A stretch of 55,865 nucleotides of DNA from a virus (taxonomy: Duplodnaviria > Caudoviricetes). Shown here in pieces: positions 27,726-37,153 of the stretch. Both the position numbers and the translations under genes were made by a program. The DNA lies in IMG/VR virus record IMGVR_UViG_3300002026_002321, positions 1-55,865 of that record. One strand, given 5' to 3'. The notes below the pieces were generated by a model. The model did no database searches. It was not told the origin of the DNA and saw nothing but the letters and a program-made list of their open reading frames with translations. Within the stretch, counting starts at the first letter, position 1. Each line of letters starts with the position of its first letter.

Positions 27726-28088
27726 ATGCTCGGAATGAACGCCCACACCGGCCAATCCCTTGCTGGCCTGAATCACCTGCGCCAGAGCATTGCCGACATC
27801 CTGTCCACGCCCTTGAACACCCGGGTGATGCGCCGCGACTACGGCTCGCGCTTGCCCGAACTCATTGACCAGCCTATCACCCCGCGATTGGCGGTCGAAC
27901 TCTACGCTGCCACCGCCGAGGCGCTGCGCCGCTGGGAGCCGCGTTTCAAGCTCACCCGTGTGCGCCTCTCTGACGCCCGGGCCGGCTGGGTAGAACTGAC
28001 CCTGGAAGGTGAAGTGCGGCTACAAGGATTCGAGGGCCAGACGGTCACCTTATCTGGCTTGAGTATCGGCACTGGAGGACGCCCATGA
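27726..28088 (+). CDS. Baseplate protein (P2 gpW / gp25 family)
   Basis: HLRQSIADIL.TP..TRVMRRDYGS.L..LID...RWEPR. Confidence 0.93.
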   Translation: MLGMNAHTGQSLAGLNHLRQSIADILSTPLNTRVMRRDYGSRLPELIDQPITPRLAVELYAATAEALRRWEPRFKLTRVRLSDARAGWVELTLEGEVRLQGFEGQTVTLSGLSIGTGGRP

Positions 28089-28936
28089 TTGCGACCACCT
28101 TGGCTCCCGAACTCGCGGGTCTGCCCAGCCCACAGGTGCTGGAGACCCTGCGCTTTGAGACCGTGTTCGATGCGCTGCTGCGTGACTTCCAGGTGCGCTA
28201 CCCGCAGTACAGCGCGCTACTCGCATCTGACCCGGCCATCAAGCTGATCGAGGTCGCGGCTTATCGTGAGTTGCTGCTGCGATCCCGAATCAATGAAGCC
28301 GCGCGGGCGAACTTGCTGGCCTTTGCGGTGGGCAACGACCTGGAACACCTCGGCGCCTTCTATGGTGTCACTCGACTTCCGCAGGAACAGGACGAGCCGC
28401 TGCGCCGGCGCATCCGTGCGCGCATCATGGGCTTTGCCAATGCCGGGGGTGCGGCGCACTACCGCTACTGGGCGCTGTCCGCCTCGCCTGAGGTGGCTGA
28501 TGTCGCTGTCGACAGCCCTGGCCCGGGGCGGGTGCGCATCAGCGTGCTGCCCACAGGCCACAGTGACACCGTGCCGGAATCGCTGCTGGAAACCGTGCGC
28601 GCCACCGTGATGCGTGACGACGTGCGGGTGCTGACTGACACCGTGGAGGTGGTGCCGGTGAGTCTGGTGCCGGTCACTGTGGTCGCGCAGATCTGGCTTT
28701 ACCCCGACACGCCGATGGCGGTGTTTGACGGTCTGACGCAACGACTGACCCAGTCCATGGCCCAGGCCGCCGTGCTTGGCTGGGACCTGACACGTTCCTG
28801 GCTGATCGGGCAACTGCAGCAAAGCGGTGTTCACAAGGTCGAGTTGATTAGCCCGGATGCCAACATTCGTATCCACAGCACCCAGGCGGTGCGCCTGACC
28901 GGTGTCCAGTTGACCTTTGCGGGCACAGACCGGTGA
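28085..28936 (+). CDS. Baseplate assembly protein J
   Basis: SDP..KL.EV.AYRE...R.RINEAA....LA.A.G.DL.HL. Confidence 0.93.
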   Translation: MIATTLAPELAGLPSPQVLETLRFETVFDALLRDFQVRYPQYSALLASDPAIKLIEVAAYRELLLRSRINEAARANLLAFAVGNDLEHLGAFYGVTRLPQEQDEPLRRRIRARIMGFANAGGAAHYRYWALSASPEVADVAVDSPGPGRVRISVLPTGHSDTVPESLLETVRATVMRDDVRVLTDTVEVVPVSLVPVTVVAQIWLYPDTPMAVFDGLTQRLTQSMAQAAVLGWDLTRSWLIGQLQQSGVHKVELISPDANIRIHSTQAVRLTGVQLTFAGTDR

Positions 28937-28972
28937 ATCGCTGAACTCGGGGTTTTCTGCCAAGGAGGGCGC

Positions 28973-30622
28973 ATGACTGCTGATCATCTGCTGCCACCCA
29001 ATGCCACGGTGCCGGAGCGCGCGCTCTCCGTCTCAACCGATTTGCTCACGCGCCTGGCCGGTGACGCTGAGGGGCTGGCCGGTTTCAAGACCGACCCCAG
29101 CGACAGTCTGCTACCCTGGCTGATCTGGGAGTACGGCCTGGGTGAGTTGCTGCCCTACCTGCCCGAGCCAAGGCAAGCGATTGTCGAAGGTATCCGCTGG
29201 CAGCGCCTGCGCGGCACCCCGGCGGCGCTCACCACGGCACTGTCGTGGATCGGCGCAACTGCCACGGTCGAGCAGGAAACCCCGGGCATTCACTTTGCCG
29301 AGTTTCAGTTCGATCCGGGTGGGGTGTTGGATGACGATGCGCTGATTGCCAACCTGATCGCGATTGCCCGGCTGTCCGCCCCGGTGCGCTCCCGGCTGTC
29401 CCGTATCTACCATGGCTGGGATTTGCGCCGCTTGGTGCTCGACGACAGCATCCTGGGCGAAGCCTTGCTGTCCGATCACAGCGGCGTGTTCTGGCAGGAT
29501 GGGCAGACCAAGCTCTCTTTTGGCCGGGCGCGCCAATTGGCAAACCCACCGCCCGACATCGCCTTAATTGCGGCCCGCGAAGCGGTGCGCTATGCGACAG
29601 CCCGGCTGATGGATCGCTACCTGCTGGACTTCTCCAGTCTGGGTGATCCCGGGCATACGCCCAACGAAGACATCCTGCATTCGCACTTGTTCACGCTGGC
29701 CAATGCGCTGGGCGTGGCCGATCCGCTGGGGCTGCGACCCGAGCGCAAGTTCTGCAAAGCGATGGTGGTGTTGTCCGACAGCACGCCCTTGGGTGACATC
29801 AACGCCAACCTGCCAAGGTTTGTCTGGCAGGAGACAGGGGCGCCGATTTCACTGGGCGGTGGCGATCCCTTGTCCGCCACACCACACCGGTTGACACGGG
29901 TGGAAGTGCTGGAACGCCTCTATGCGGTGCATCCCGCCAGCGCCGAGGTGCCAAGCTTGCGTGCCCAACCCTCACGTTCAATTGGGCACAGCAGCCGCGC
30001 AGCGGCACCGGGCAATGGGCAACTGGGCCAACTGAGGCTGGGCGACACGCCGGTGCAGCCTGGCCCGCGTGGGGCCATGACCCGGTTGTCCGTCTCGCAC
30101 AACCGGGTCGGCCAACGCTGGATCGATCAAGGGGTCTGGCCTGCCAAGCGCTGGCGTGATCTGTGGCGCGCGCCCGAGGCAGCCGCGCAAACGGGCTTGC
30201 TGCCTGCCCGGCAGTTCTGCAAAGCGCAGATCGTGCTCTCGGACGCTGTGCTGGGTGAGGTCAACAGCCGCACCCCGCGCCGGGCGCTCCATCGCACCCG
30301 ACCCATCGATCGATTGGGATATCTCATTTTGGGAGAGGCCGCCGAGATCGAATGGCGGCCACTCACAGAGATGCAAATTTGCATCTCTGGCTTCACTGAA
30401 GCCACAGCCTATGTTTTCGATGATGCTCACCCGAGCTTGTGGCGCCTGCTGACTGGCAGCACACCGGCCTACCTCGATTCACACGTTGCACCCGCACGCG
30501 TGCCGGTCCTCAGCACCCGCGCTGCCTGGAGCGGCCAGACCTGGACCGGTGTGCGCTGGCCGGCGTCGAGCTGGGCTGAGACCCGCGAGCTGATTGGAAC
30601 CGCCCACACCTCGCAGTCCTGA
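28973..30622 (+). CDS. Tail protein I-like (P2 gpI N-terminus) with long extension
   Basis: LLPPNAT..ERAL...LPWL.WE...RGTPAA...AL. Confidence 0.8.
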   Translation: MTADHLLPPNATVPERALSVSTDLLTRLAGDAEGLAGFKTDPSDSLLPWLIWEYGLGELLPYLPEPRQAIVEGIRWQRLRGTPAALTTALSWIGATATVEQETPGIHFAEFQFDPGGVLDDDALIANLIAIARLSAPVRSRLSRIYHGWDLRRLVLDDSILGEALLSDHSGVFWQDGQTKLSFGRARQLANPPPDIALIAAREAVRYATARLMDRYLLDFSSLGDPGHTPNEDILHSHLFTLANALGVADPLGLRPERKFCKAMVVLSDSTPLGDINANLPRFVWQETGAPISLGGGDPLSATPHRLTRVEVLERLYAVHPASAEVPSLRAQPSRSIGHSSRAAAPGNGQLGQLRLGDTPVQPGPRGAMTRLSVSHNRVGQRWIDQGVWPAKRWRDLWRAPEAAAQTGLLPARQFCKAQIVLSDAVLGEVNSRTPRRALHRTRPIDRLGYLILGEAAEIEWRPLTEMQICISGFTEATAYVFDDAHPSLWRLLTGSTPAYLDSHVAPARVPVLSTRAAWSGQTWTGVRWPASSWAETRELIGTAHTSQS

Positions 30623-30625
30623 TTC

Positions 30626-30664
30626 GGCGGCGCCATGGGCGCTGCTGCTTTGTATTTTTTCTTC
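30626..30664 (+). terminator. Possible intrinsic terminator
   Basis: GGCGGCGCC-ATG-GGCGCTGCT stem followed by a T-rich run. Confidence 0.4.
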
Positions 30665-30681
30665 AATTTCTGGAGCCCCAG

Positions 30682-31383
30682 ATGGCCATTCTGACCACCA
30701 GCGGTCGCGCTGCACTTGCTGCTGCGATCAAACAACAAACCCTGCACCTGGCCCTGGGCGAGGGCGATCCCTTGTGGGACACCAGCAAAGCGATCAGCAC
30801 GCCGTTTGATGAAGCCGGGGTGATCGTGCTGGGTTTCATGCACCTGGCTGACATCCGGGTGACCTCGCTCGATGAGGCGACCGAGTATCTGCTTGATGTC
30901 GACTACAGCGCGAATGCCCGCGAGGGCGTGATCCGGCGCCTGCCCGGCAGCAGCATTCCCGAGGGCGGCGATGTGACGGTGCATTTCAAGATCGAGCACC
31001 CGCCCGAGCCGATTGACCAGACCACGCTCTTGCGCGAGGTCGGTCGCCGCTTGGTCGATGAAGTGCATTTTGTGCTGGCCGACCCCGAGGGCGAGATCGT
31101 GGTGCCGACCGGGCGCTACCGGATGAGTACCGAGCCCACCAACCACCTGTTCATCCGCGTGCGTTTTGACTTTGAGGATGCCGCCACCAGCGTGGTGCGC
31201 GAGCAGGGCCTGTTTGTCGGCACCCAGACCGATGCGGCTTTGCAGGCCTTGGCACCGGGGCAGAAGTTCTTTATCCCGGCCCAGATCACCGATCCGGGCA
31301 TTTTGCTCGTGCTGCAGAACTCGGTGCCCATCGTGCGCCAGCCCTCAACGCGCGAAACCTTTGAATTTGTCGTCACCTTTTAA
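30682..31383 (+). CDS. Baseplate/fibre attachment protein
   Basis: MAILT.SGR..LA....LHLA.G.GD..W...VVREQGLF; within tail module. Confidence 0.7.
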   Translation: MAILTTSGRAALAAAIKQQTLHLALGEGDPLWDTSKAISTPFDEAGVIVLGFMHLADIRVTSLDEATEYLLDVDYSANAREGVIRRLPGSSIPEGGDVTVHFKIEHPPEPIDQTTLLREVGRRLVDEVHFVLADPEGEIVVPTGRYRMSTEPTNHLFIRVRFDFEDAATSVVREQGLFVGTQTDAALQALAPGQKFFIPAQITDPGILLVLQNSVPIVRQPSTRETFEFVVTF

Positions 31384-31395
31384 GCGAGGCCAGCC

Positions 31396-34300
31396 ATGAT
31401 CGAGCGTTACTACAACCTGTTTGACCCGTCCAAGCACTACAGCCAGTTGCTGTTTCGCGCCGGTGATGGCCTGCAGTCCCGAGAACTCAATGAAATCCAG
31501 AGCACTCTGATCCACCGCCTGCAGGGTGTGGCTGATGCGCTGCTCAAAGACGGCGACATTGTGAGTGGCGCCAACCTGCAGATCGATGCCGACACTGGTC
31601 TGGTGACGCTGGAGGCGGGGCGGGTCTATCTGCGCGGCGCGGTGCGTGAGGTCCCTGCCGCCACCTTTACCGTGCCAACCTCTGGCCGGATGGCCGTGGG
31701 CGTGCGTTTCACCACCCGCAGCGTCACCGAGCTCGAAGACCCCACCCTGCGCGAACCGGCAGTGGGCGTGCGCAACTACCAGGAGCCGGGTGCTGGTCGC
31801 TTGCAGGAGACCCTGGCCTGGGGTTGGGAAGGGGCGGGCACCCGTGATGGTCAGAGCGGCGACTTCCATGCGGTCTATGCCCTGGACAATGGTCTGCTGG
31901 AGAACCGCCGCCAGCCGCCGGTGCTCGATGGCGTGGTCACCAGTCTGGCGCGCTATGACTTTGATGCCAATGGCCACTATGTCGTCGACGGGCTGGGCGT
32001 GCGGTTTCTGGACACCGATACCGGTACCCAGGAGCATATTTTCTCGGTAGCGGAGGGGCGCGCCAATATCGATGGCTTCAAGGTGGAGCGCACCCAGTCC
32101 CAGCGCCTGCGGCTGGCCATCGATCCTGATCTGCAGCGCATCTCCAGCGAGCCGCAGGTGTTCAATGATTCGGGTGATGGCGCCATGGTCGTTATGATCA
32201 ACCGCCCACCCTTGGCCCAGGTGCTGGACATCAAGGTCACGCAAGCCAAGACCGAGACCGTGGTGCATGGCGCCTTTACCGGCAGCCGCGATGTGCTGAC
32301 CGAGCCGACGGTGGTGGCGGTGCTGAGCATTGCGCAAGGGGCAAGCAGCTATGCGCAAGGCACGGACTACAAGGTGGTGGGCGATGAGATCGACTGGTCA
32401 CCCGGTGGCGCTGAGCCCGCACCAGGTTCGAGCTACCAGGTCACCTACCAGTTTATTGCCAGCATCACGCCCAGTGATCTGACCGATACCGGCTTTACCG
32501 TCTCAGGCGTGGTGCAGGGCTCGACCATGTACATCGACTACCAGTGGAAGCTGCCGCGCGTCGATGTGCTGGCCTTGACTGCCGAGGGCCAGGTCGAGCG
32601 CATCAAGGGGATTTCGCAAGTCAGAAACCCCATCGCTCCCACCGTGCCGGCTTCGCGCCTGGCCTTGGCTGGGATTGCCTATGACTGGCGCAGCGGCTCG
32701 CCACCGGTGGTGCGCAATATTGCCATTCGCACCATCAAGGTCTCGGAGCTGACTGCCATGCAGCAGAGAATCGCCGATCTGTATGACCTGATGGCCCTGG
32801 AGCGCCTGCGGGTGGATGCCAATATCCGTGAACCGGCTGCCAAGAAGGGCTTGTTTGTTGACAATTTTCTGGATGATGATTTGCGCGATCAGGGGGTGGC
32901 GCAAAGCGGGGCGATTGTGGCGGGTGTGCTCACCTTGCCGATTTCTGCCTTGGCCCAGCATGTGAGCGAGAACGGCCATGTCCTCATCACCCTGGACTAC
33001 AGCTTGACGCCGGTGATCGAGCAACTGGCCCGCACAGGTTCGATGAAGATCAACCCGTATCAGGCCTTCGATCCGGTGCCGGCATGGGTGAGCTTGAATC
33101 CTGCCACCGACCAGTTCACGGTGACGAACACCAGCTGGGCGTCGGATGTGACCGAGCGGCTGATCACCGGCAGCGGTGTGCTCGAGCGGGTGGTCGAGAC
33201 CCGGCAATCAGAACAAGTGCTCGACAGCCGCAGCGAGGAGGCCGAGTTTTTGCGCAGCCTTGACATCGCCTACAGCGTCACAGGCTTTGGCCCCAGCGAA
33301 GCACTGGCACAACTGCGCTTTGATGGCATCGCCATTTCTCAGCCCGCAGGCACGGCAGCCGATGCTGCGGGGCTGCTCACCGGCAGTTTTGCGATTCCGC
33401 CAGATATTCCGGCTGGCGCCAAGCTGGTGGAGTTTCTCGGAGCAGGTGGCAGCTACGGCTCTGCGACCTACGTGGGGCGCGGCCAGATCGTCACCGAGAC
33501 GCGCCGTCGCATCCTCACCACCGTGGTCAACCGCTGGGACCCGCTGGCGCAAACTTTCACGCTACCAGAGCGGCGCGTGATTGGTGGGCTGGAGCTGTGG
33601 TTTACGGCCAAGGGTGAAGGTGTGAATGGTGGTGCACCGGTGATCGTGCAGATCCGCGAAACCCAAGTGGGCCTGCCCACCACCACGGTGCTGACCGAGG
33701 GGCGCCTGGCGGCATCCGACATCAAGACCGATGGCAACCCGACCCGCATCACCCTGGACCCAGTGGCACTCGAGGCCAACCGCGAGTATGCGCTGGTGGT
33801 GCTCACCGATGACGCCAACCATGCGGTCTCGGTGGCCGAACTGGGCAAGTACGACCCGCAAACCGGCTGGGTGACGGCGCAGCCCTACCAGATTGGGGTG
33901 CTGCTGTCATCTTCCAACGGCATCACCTGGACGCCACACCAGACGCAGGACCTCACTTTCCGGCTGCTGGGCTGCCGCTTTACGCAGACTTCTCGGACCG
34001 TCACCCTGGGCCAGTACACCGTGGCTGACCTGTCGGACATCATGGCGCTTGCTGGCGTTGAGCGCCCTGCCACCGGTACCGATGTGCAGTTTCTGGCCAC
34101 CGATGCGCAAGGGCGGACCTACACCCTGTCGGAAGACCAGGGTCTGGCGCTGTCGGAGAAGCTCTCTGGCAATCTGGCGGTGTCGGCCCAGCTCACCGGG
34201 ACCGATGTATCCAGTCCGATCCTCTACCCGGGCACCCAGCTGGTGTTTGGCACCTTGGAGGCCGCTGGCGACTACCTCTCGCGCGCCATACCCGCCGATG

Positions 34301-34569
34301 CCAGCTTCAATGTTTCCGTCACCTTCGATGCGCTCACGCCGGGTACGTCCAGCGTTTCGGTGCAAGCCGAGTCCAGCACCCCCGGCAGCTTTGTCGATCT
34401 GGCCTTATCGGCGGGCGTGGAAGTGGGCAATGGCTGGGTCGAGCGTACCTACCGCGCCCAGAGCCTGATCGGCGTCGGTGCGGATCGAACTACCCGGGTC
34501 AAGCTGGTGTTGGCAGGCCATCCGCAGTACCGGCCCTTTGTGCGCAATTTGCGCGTGATCGTCACCTGA
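31396..34569 (+). CDS. Large baseplate/tail protein (DUF4815-like)
   Basis: YYN.FDP.K.Y..LLFRAG..LQSRELNE.Q; GLFVD.F.DD; DPLAQTF. Confidence 0.8.
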   Translation: MIERYYNLFDPSKHYSQLLFRAGDGLQSRELNEIQSTLIHRLQGVADALLKDGDIVSGANLQIDADTGLVTLEAGRVYLRGAVREVPAATFTVPTSGRMAVGVRFTTRSVTELEDPTLREPAVGVRNYQEPGAGRLQETLAWGWEGAGTRDGQSGDFHAVYALDNGLLENRRQPPVLDGVVTSLARYDFDANGHYVVDGLGVRFLDTDTGTQEHIFSVAEGRANIDGFKVERTQSQRLRLAIDPDLQRISSEPQVFNDSGDGAMVVMINRPPLAQVLDIKVTQAKTETVVHGAFTGSRDVLTEPTVVAVLSIAQGASSYAQGTDYKVVGDEIDWSPGGAEPAPGSSYQVTYQFIASITPSDLTDTGFTVSGVVQGSTMYIDYQWKLPRVDVLALTAEGQVERIKGISQVRNPIAPTVPASRLALAGIAYDWRSGSPPVVRNIAIRTIKVSELTAMQQRIADLYDLMALERLRVDANIREPAAKKGLFVDNFLDDDLRDQGVAQSGAIVAGVLTLPISALAQHVSENGHVLITLDYSLTPVIEQLARTGSMKINPYQAFDPVPAWVSLNPATDQFTVTNTSWASDVTERLITGSGVLERVVETRQSEQVLDSRSEEAEFLRSLDIAYSVTGFGPSEALAQLRFDGIAISQPAGTAADAAGLLTGSFAIPPDIPAGAKLVEFLGAGGSYGSATYVGRGQIVTETRRRILTTVVNRWDPLAQTFTLPERRVIGGLELWFTAKGEGVNGGAPVIVQIRETQVGLPTTTVLTEGRLAASDIKTDGNPTRITLDPVALEANREYALVVLTDDANHAVSVAELGKYDPQTGWVTAQPYQIGVLLSSSNGITWTPHQTQDLTFRLLGCRFTQTSRTVTLGQYTVADLSDIMALAGVERPATGTDVQFLATDAQGRTYTLSEDQGLALSEKLSGNLAVSAQLTGTDVSSPILYPGTQLVFGTLEAAGDYLSRAIPADASFNVSVTFDALTPGTSSVSVQAESSTPGSFVDLALSAGVEVGNGWVERTYRAQSLIGVGADRTTRVKLVLAGHPQYRPFVRNLRVIVT

Positions 34570-34604
34570 GCTGATCAGCTGTCACCCACAGGAGCAATGA
34601 CTTC

Positions 34605-36290
34605 ATGGAAGAACGAACTCCCAACCTGAACTTGCCGCTGCCCCATCCCGAACACCTGCTGGTCGAGGATGTGGGGCGCCTGCGTGAAGCGCTGGTGTCG
34701 CTCGATGCGGTGGTATCGCGCCGGGCGCGCGATAGCGTGGCGATTGCTGCAGGCAGCGGCTTGATGGGCGGTGGCGATCTGCAGGAGAGCCGCACGCTGG
34801 CGGTGGCCTTTGCCTCCCAGGCGCAAAGTGAACAAGCCAGTGCCAGCGACGTAGTGATGAGCCCGCGCTCCACTGCGCAATCCATCGATGCCCGCCTGGC
34901 AGATGAAGACGCGGCGCAGGCGGGCGAATCAGCTGCGCTGCTCATGACGCCGCTGCGCACCCGGCAGGTGCTCGATGGGCAGTTTCAGATGCGGCTGGCC
35001 AGTCAGGCTGAGGCCCAGGCGGGTGAAGACGCCCAGCAACTGATGACCCCGCTGCGCAGTCATCAAGCCATCGATGCCCGTCTGGCGACCCGGCTGGCCA
35101 CCCAGCAGCAAGCCCAGGCTGGTCTGGATGACACCCAGCTCATGACCCCGCTGCGGGTGGCGCAGTATCTCACCATACAGCCCAAGGGCGAGATCAAACG
35201 TCTGGCGCGCACAAGCAACGTCAAACTCACGGCTGCCGAGTTTGGCCGCTTCATCGACATCACCAGCGGCACGTTTACACAAACCTTCGATCCGGCCGCC
35301 TCATTGGGCGAGGGCTGGTTCTGTTACCTCAAGAACAGCGGCAGCGGCGATGTCACGCTCGACCCCAACGCCAGCGAAACCCTTGATGGCCAAACAAGCT
35401 TCATCATGTACCCGGGCGAAGTGCGACTGCTGCTGTGCGACGGCACCGTCTTGCGTTCGGTGGTCTTGAACGCCTTCTACAAAGTCTTCTCCAGCAGCGG
35501 CAGTTTCAAGAAGCCGCCGGGCTACACCGGCTTTGAAGTGGAAGTCATCGGCGGTGGTGCCGGGGGCAACGGTGGCCGGCCCACCATCATCGGTGGCACC
35601 AGCGCACAAACCCGCAATGCTCAGCCCGGCGGCGCTGCCGGGCGACGTCTGGCCCCGGTGTTTTTTGCCAGTGGCGAACTCGAAGACAGCAGCACCGTGG
35701 TCGTTGGTTCCGGTGGCAATGGCGGCGCATCCAACGCCAACGGCGGTGCGGGCGGGGCCAGCAGCTTTGTGTCCGCCCAGGTCCTGGGCAGTGGCGCAGC
35801 TGGCCTGCCCGAGATCGCCGGGATTCGCCGCTGTGGCTCCGCCGGGGGCAAGGCGGGCAACACAGCGCTCAACTACAACTCGGCCACCGGCAACCGAGGC
35901 GACAACGGCAGTGCCAATGACACGAGCGTCGCGCTGGCGCAAGGTGGCAATGGCGCCAGTGTGGGGAACTATCTGAACACGGGGACCTACAGCGCGAGCG
36001 CAGAAGCTGGCCAAAGCACCAGCGTGCCGTTTTGCTCTGGCGCGGGTGGGGGCAGTGCGGGTGGTGGCGCCGCCACCAATCTGTCCGGGGCGCAGCTGGC
36101 CATCACGCTGGTGGGCGGTGACGGTGGCCATGCCGGCGTGGGGGCGGGCGGTGGCGCCGGTGGGGATGCTGTGGTGGTCTGGGGCTACAGCAACCAGATC
36201 AGCTACCAAACGTATCCCGCCTTTACGGTGACTGGCGGGCGCGGCGGCAACGGCGGGCCGGGCCAGGTCTCTATCTGGGGAGTGATCTGA
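34605..36290 (+). CDS. Glycine-rich tail fibre protein
   Basis: N-terminal TPNLNLPLP; four (L/V)M(T/S)P.R repeats; VEVIGGGAGG Gly-rich C-terminus. Confidence 0.8.
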   Translation: MEERTPNLNLPLPHPEHLLVEDVGRLREALVSLDAVVSRRARDSVAIAAGSGLMGGGDLQESRTLAVAFASQAQSEQASASDVVMSPRSTAQSIDARLADEDAAQAGESAALLMTPLRTRQVLDGQFQMRLASQAEAQAGEDAQQLMTPLRSHQAIDARLATRLATQQQAQAGLDDTQLMTPLRVAQYLTIQPKGEIKRLARTSNVKLTAAEFGRFIDITSGTFTQTFDPAASLGEGWFCYLKNSGSGDVTLDPNASETLDGQTSFIMYPGEVRLLLCDGTVLRSVVLNAFYKVFSSSGSFKKPPGYTGFEVEVIGGGAGGNGGRPTIIGGTSAQTRNAQPGGAAGRRLAPVFFASGELEDSSTVVVGSGGNGGASNANGGAGGASSFVSAQVLGSGAAGLPEIAGIRRCGSAGGKAGNTALNYNSATGNRGDNGSANDTSVALAQGGNGASVGNYLNTGTYSASAEAGQSTSVPFCSGAGGGSAGGGAATNLSGAQLAITLVGGDGGHAGVGAGGGAGGDAVVVWGYSNQISYQTYPAFTVTGGRGGNGGPGQVSIWGVI

Positions 36291-36291
36291 G

Positions 36292-36759
36292 ATGGCACGC
36301 TACGCAATCATTGAAGAGGGCATCGTCACCAACCTGGTCGAAGCCACTGCCAAGTTTGCCAAGAGCCAGGGCTGGCTTGCCTGTGCGGATGGGGATGTCG
36401 GCTGGCTTTGGGATGGTGCGCAGTTTCTGGCACCTGAGCCAGAACCCATGGCGCCAGATCGGCTCATGGCCGAGATCGTGCAAGCCACCCAGTCCAGGCT
36501 CGATGCGTTTGCACAGACCCGTCACTACGACGGCATCCTGTCGGCCTGCAGCTACGCCAGCAGCACCTTGCCCAAGTTTCAGGCCGAGGGTCTGTATTGT
36601 GTGCAAGCGCGTGATTCGACCTGGGCCGTGCTCTACACCATCCTGGCGCAGGTCGAAGCCGGGGAGCGGCCACTGCCTCAAGGCTATGCCGAACTGCAGG
36701 CAGAGCTGCCCGCACTGACCTGGCCCGATGAGGGGTCGACGGTGGAGGGCGGGACATGA
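36292..36759 (+). CDS. Tail fibre assembly/chaperone-like protein
   Basis: YAII..G.V.N...GW.WDG..F; RLD.FA..R.YD.I.SA.SYA.S; follows fibre. Confidence 0.65.
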   Translation: MARYAIIEEGIVTNLVEATAKFAKSQGWLACADGDVGWLWDGAQFLAPEPEPMAPDRLMAEIVQATQSRLDAFAQTRHYDGILSACSYASSTLPKFQAEGLYCVQARDSTWAVLYTILAQVEAGERPLPQGYAELQAELPALTWPDEGSTVEGGT

Positions 36760-37076
36760 TGCACGTCATCGCTCAGCGTCTGTCGCTGCTGGCCCTGTGG
36801 GGCTTGTGCCAGATCACGGTGGTCATGGCCTCGCTGTGGATGCTGGCCGCTGCCCTGGCAGGCAGCAAACGGGCCTGGACCCTGGCTGTCGCCCACGACC
36901 AACTGGCCAATGCCGCTTTTGGTGGGCATGAGGACGAGACGCTGTCCAGCCGCGCCGGTAAGGCTGCCAGAAATGGCAAGCGCTGGGCCTGCGTTCTGTG
37001 CCGCTTGCTGGATCAGCTCGATCCCAAGCACTGCGAGAAGGCTATCGAGCCTGATGAGGGCAAGCCGCTGCGCTGA
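36756..37076 (+). CDS. Phage membrane protein
   Basis: Hydrophobic N-terminus; DQLANA..GG..DET.SSRAG...W...LC..LD..DP.HC. Confidence 0.7.
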   Translation: MMHVIAQRLSLLALWGLCQITVVMASLWMLAAALAGSKRAWTLAVAHDQLANAAFGGHEDETLSSRAGKAARNGKRWACVLCRLLDQLDPKHCEKAIEPDEGKPLR

Positions 37077-37114
37077 ACACGCAACCAGCTTTTCCCTATT
37101 CACCCCTGATTTAT

Positions 37115-37141
37115 TCCGTCAATTGGCGGACTTTTTGTTTC
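37115..37141 (+). terminator. Possible intrinsic terminator
   Basis: TCCGTC-AATT-GGCGGA hairpin followed by CTTTTTGTTT. Confidence 0.45.
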
Positions 37142-37153
37142 TGGAGAACTCCC

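Noticed and set aside
34605-37076. Diversity-generating retroelement or invertible fibre cassette
   Set aside because: No reverse transcriptase, invertase, template/variable repeat pair or inverted second fibre tip seen.
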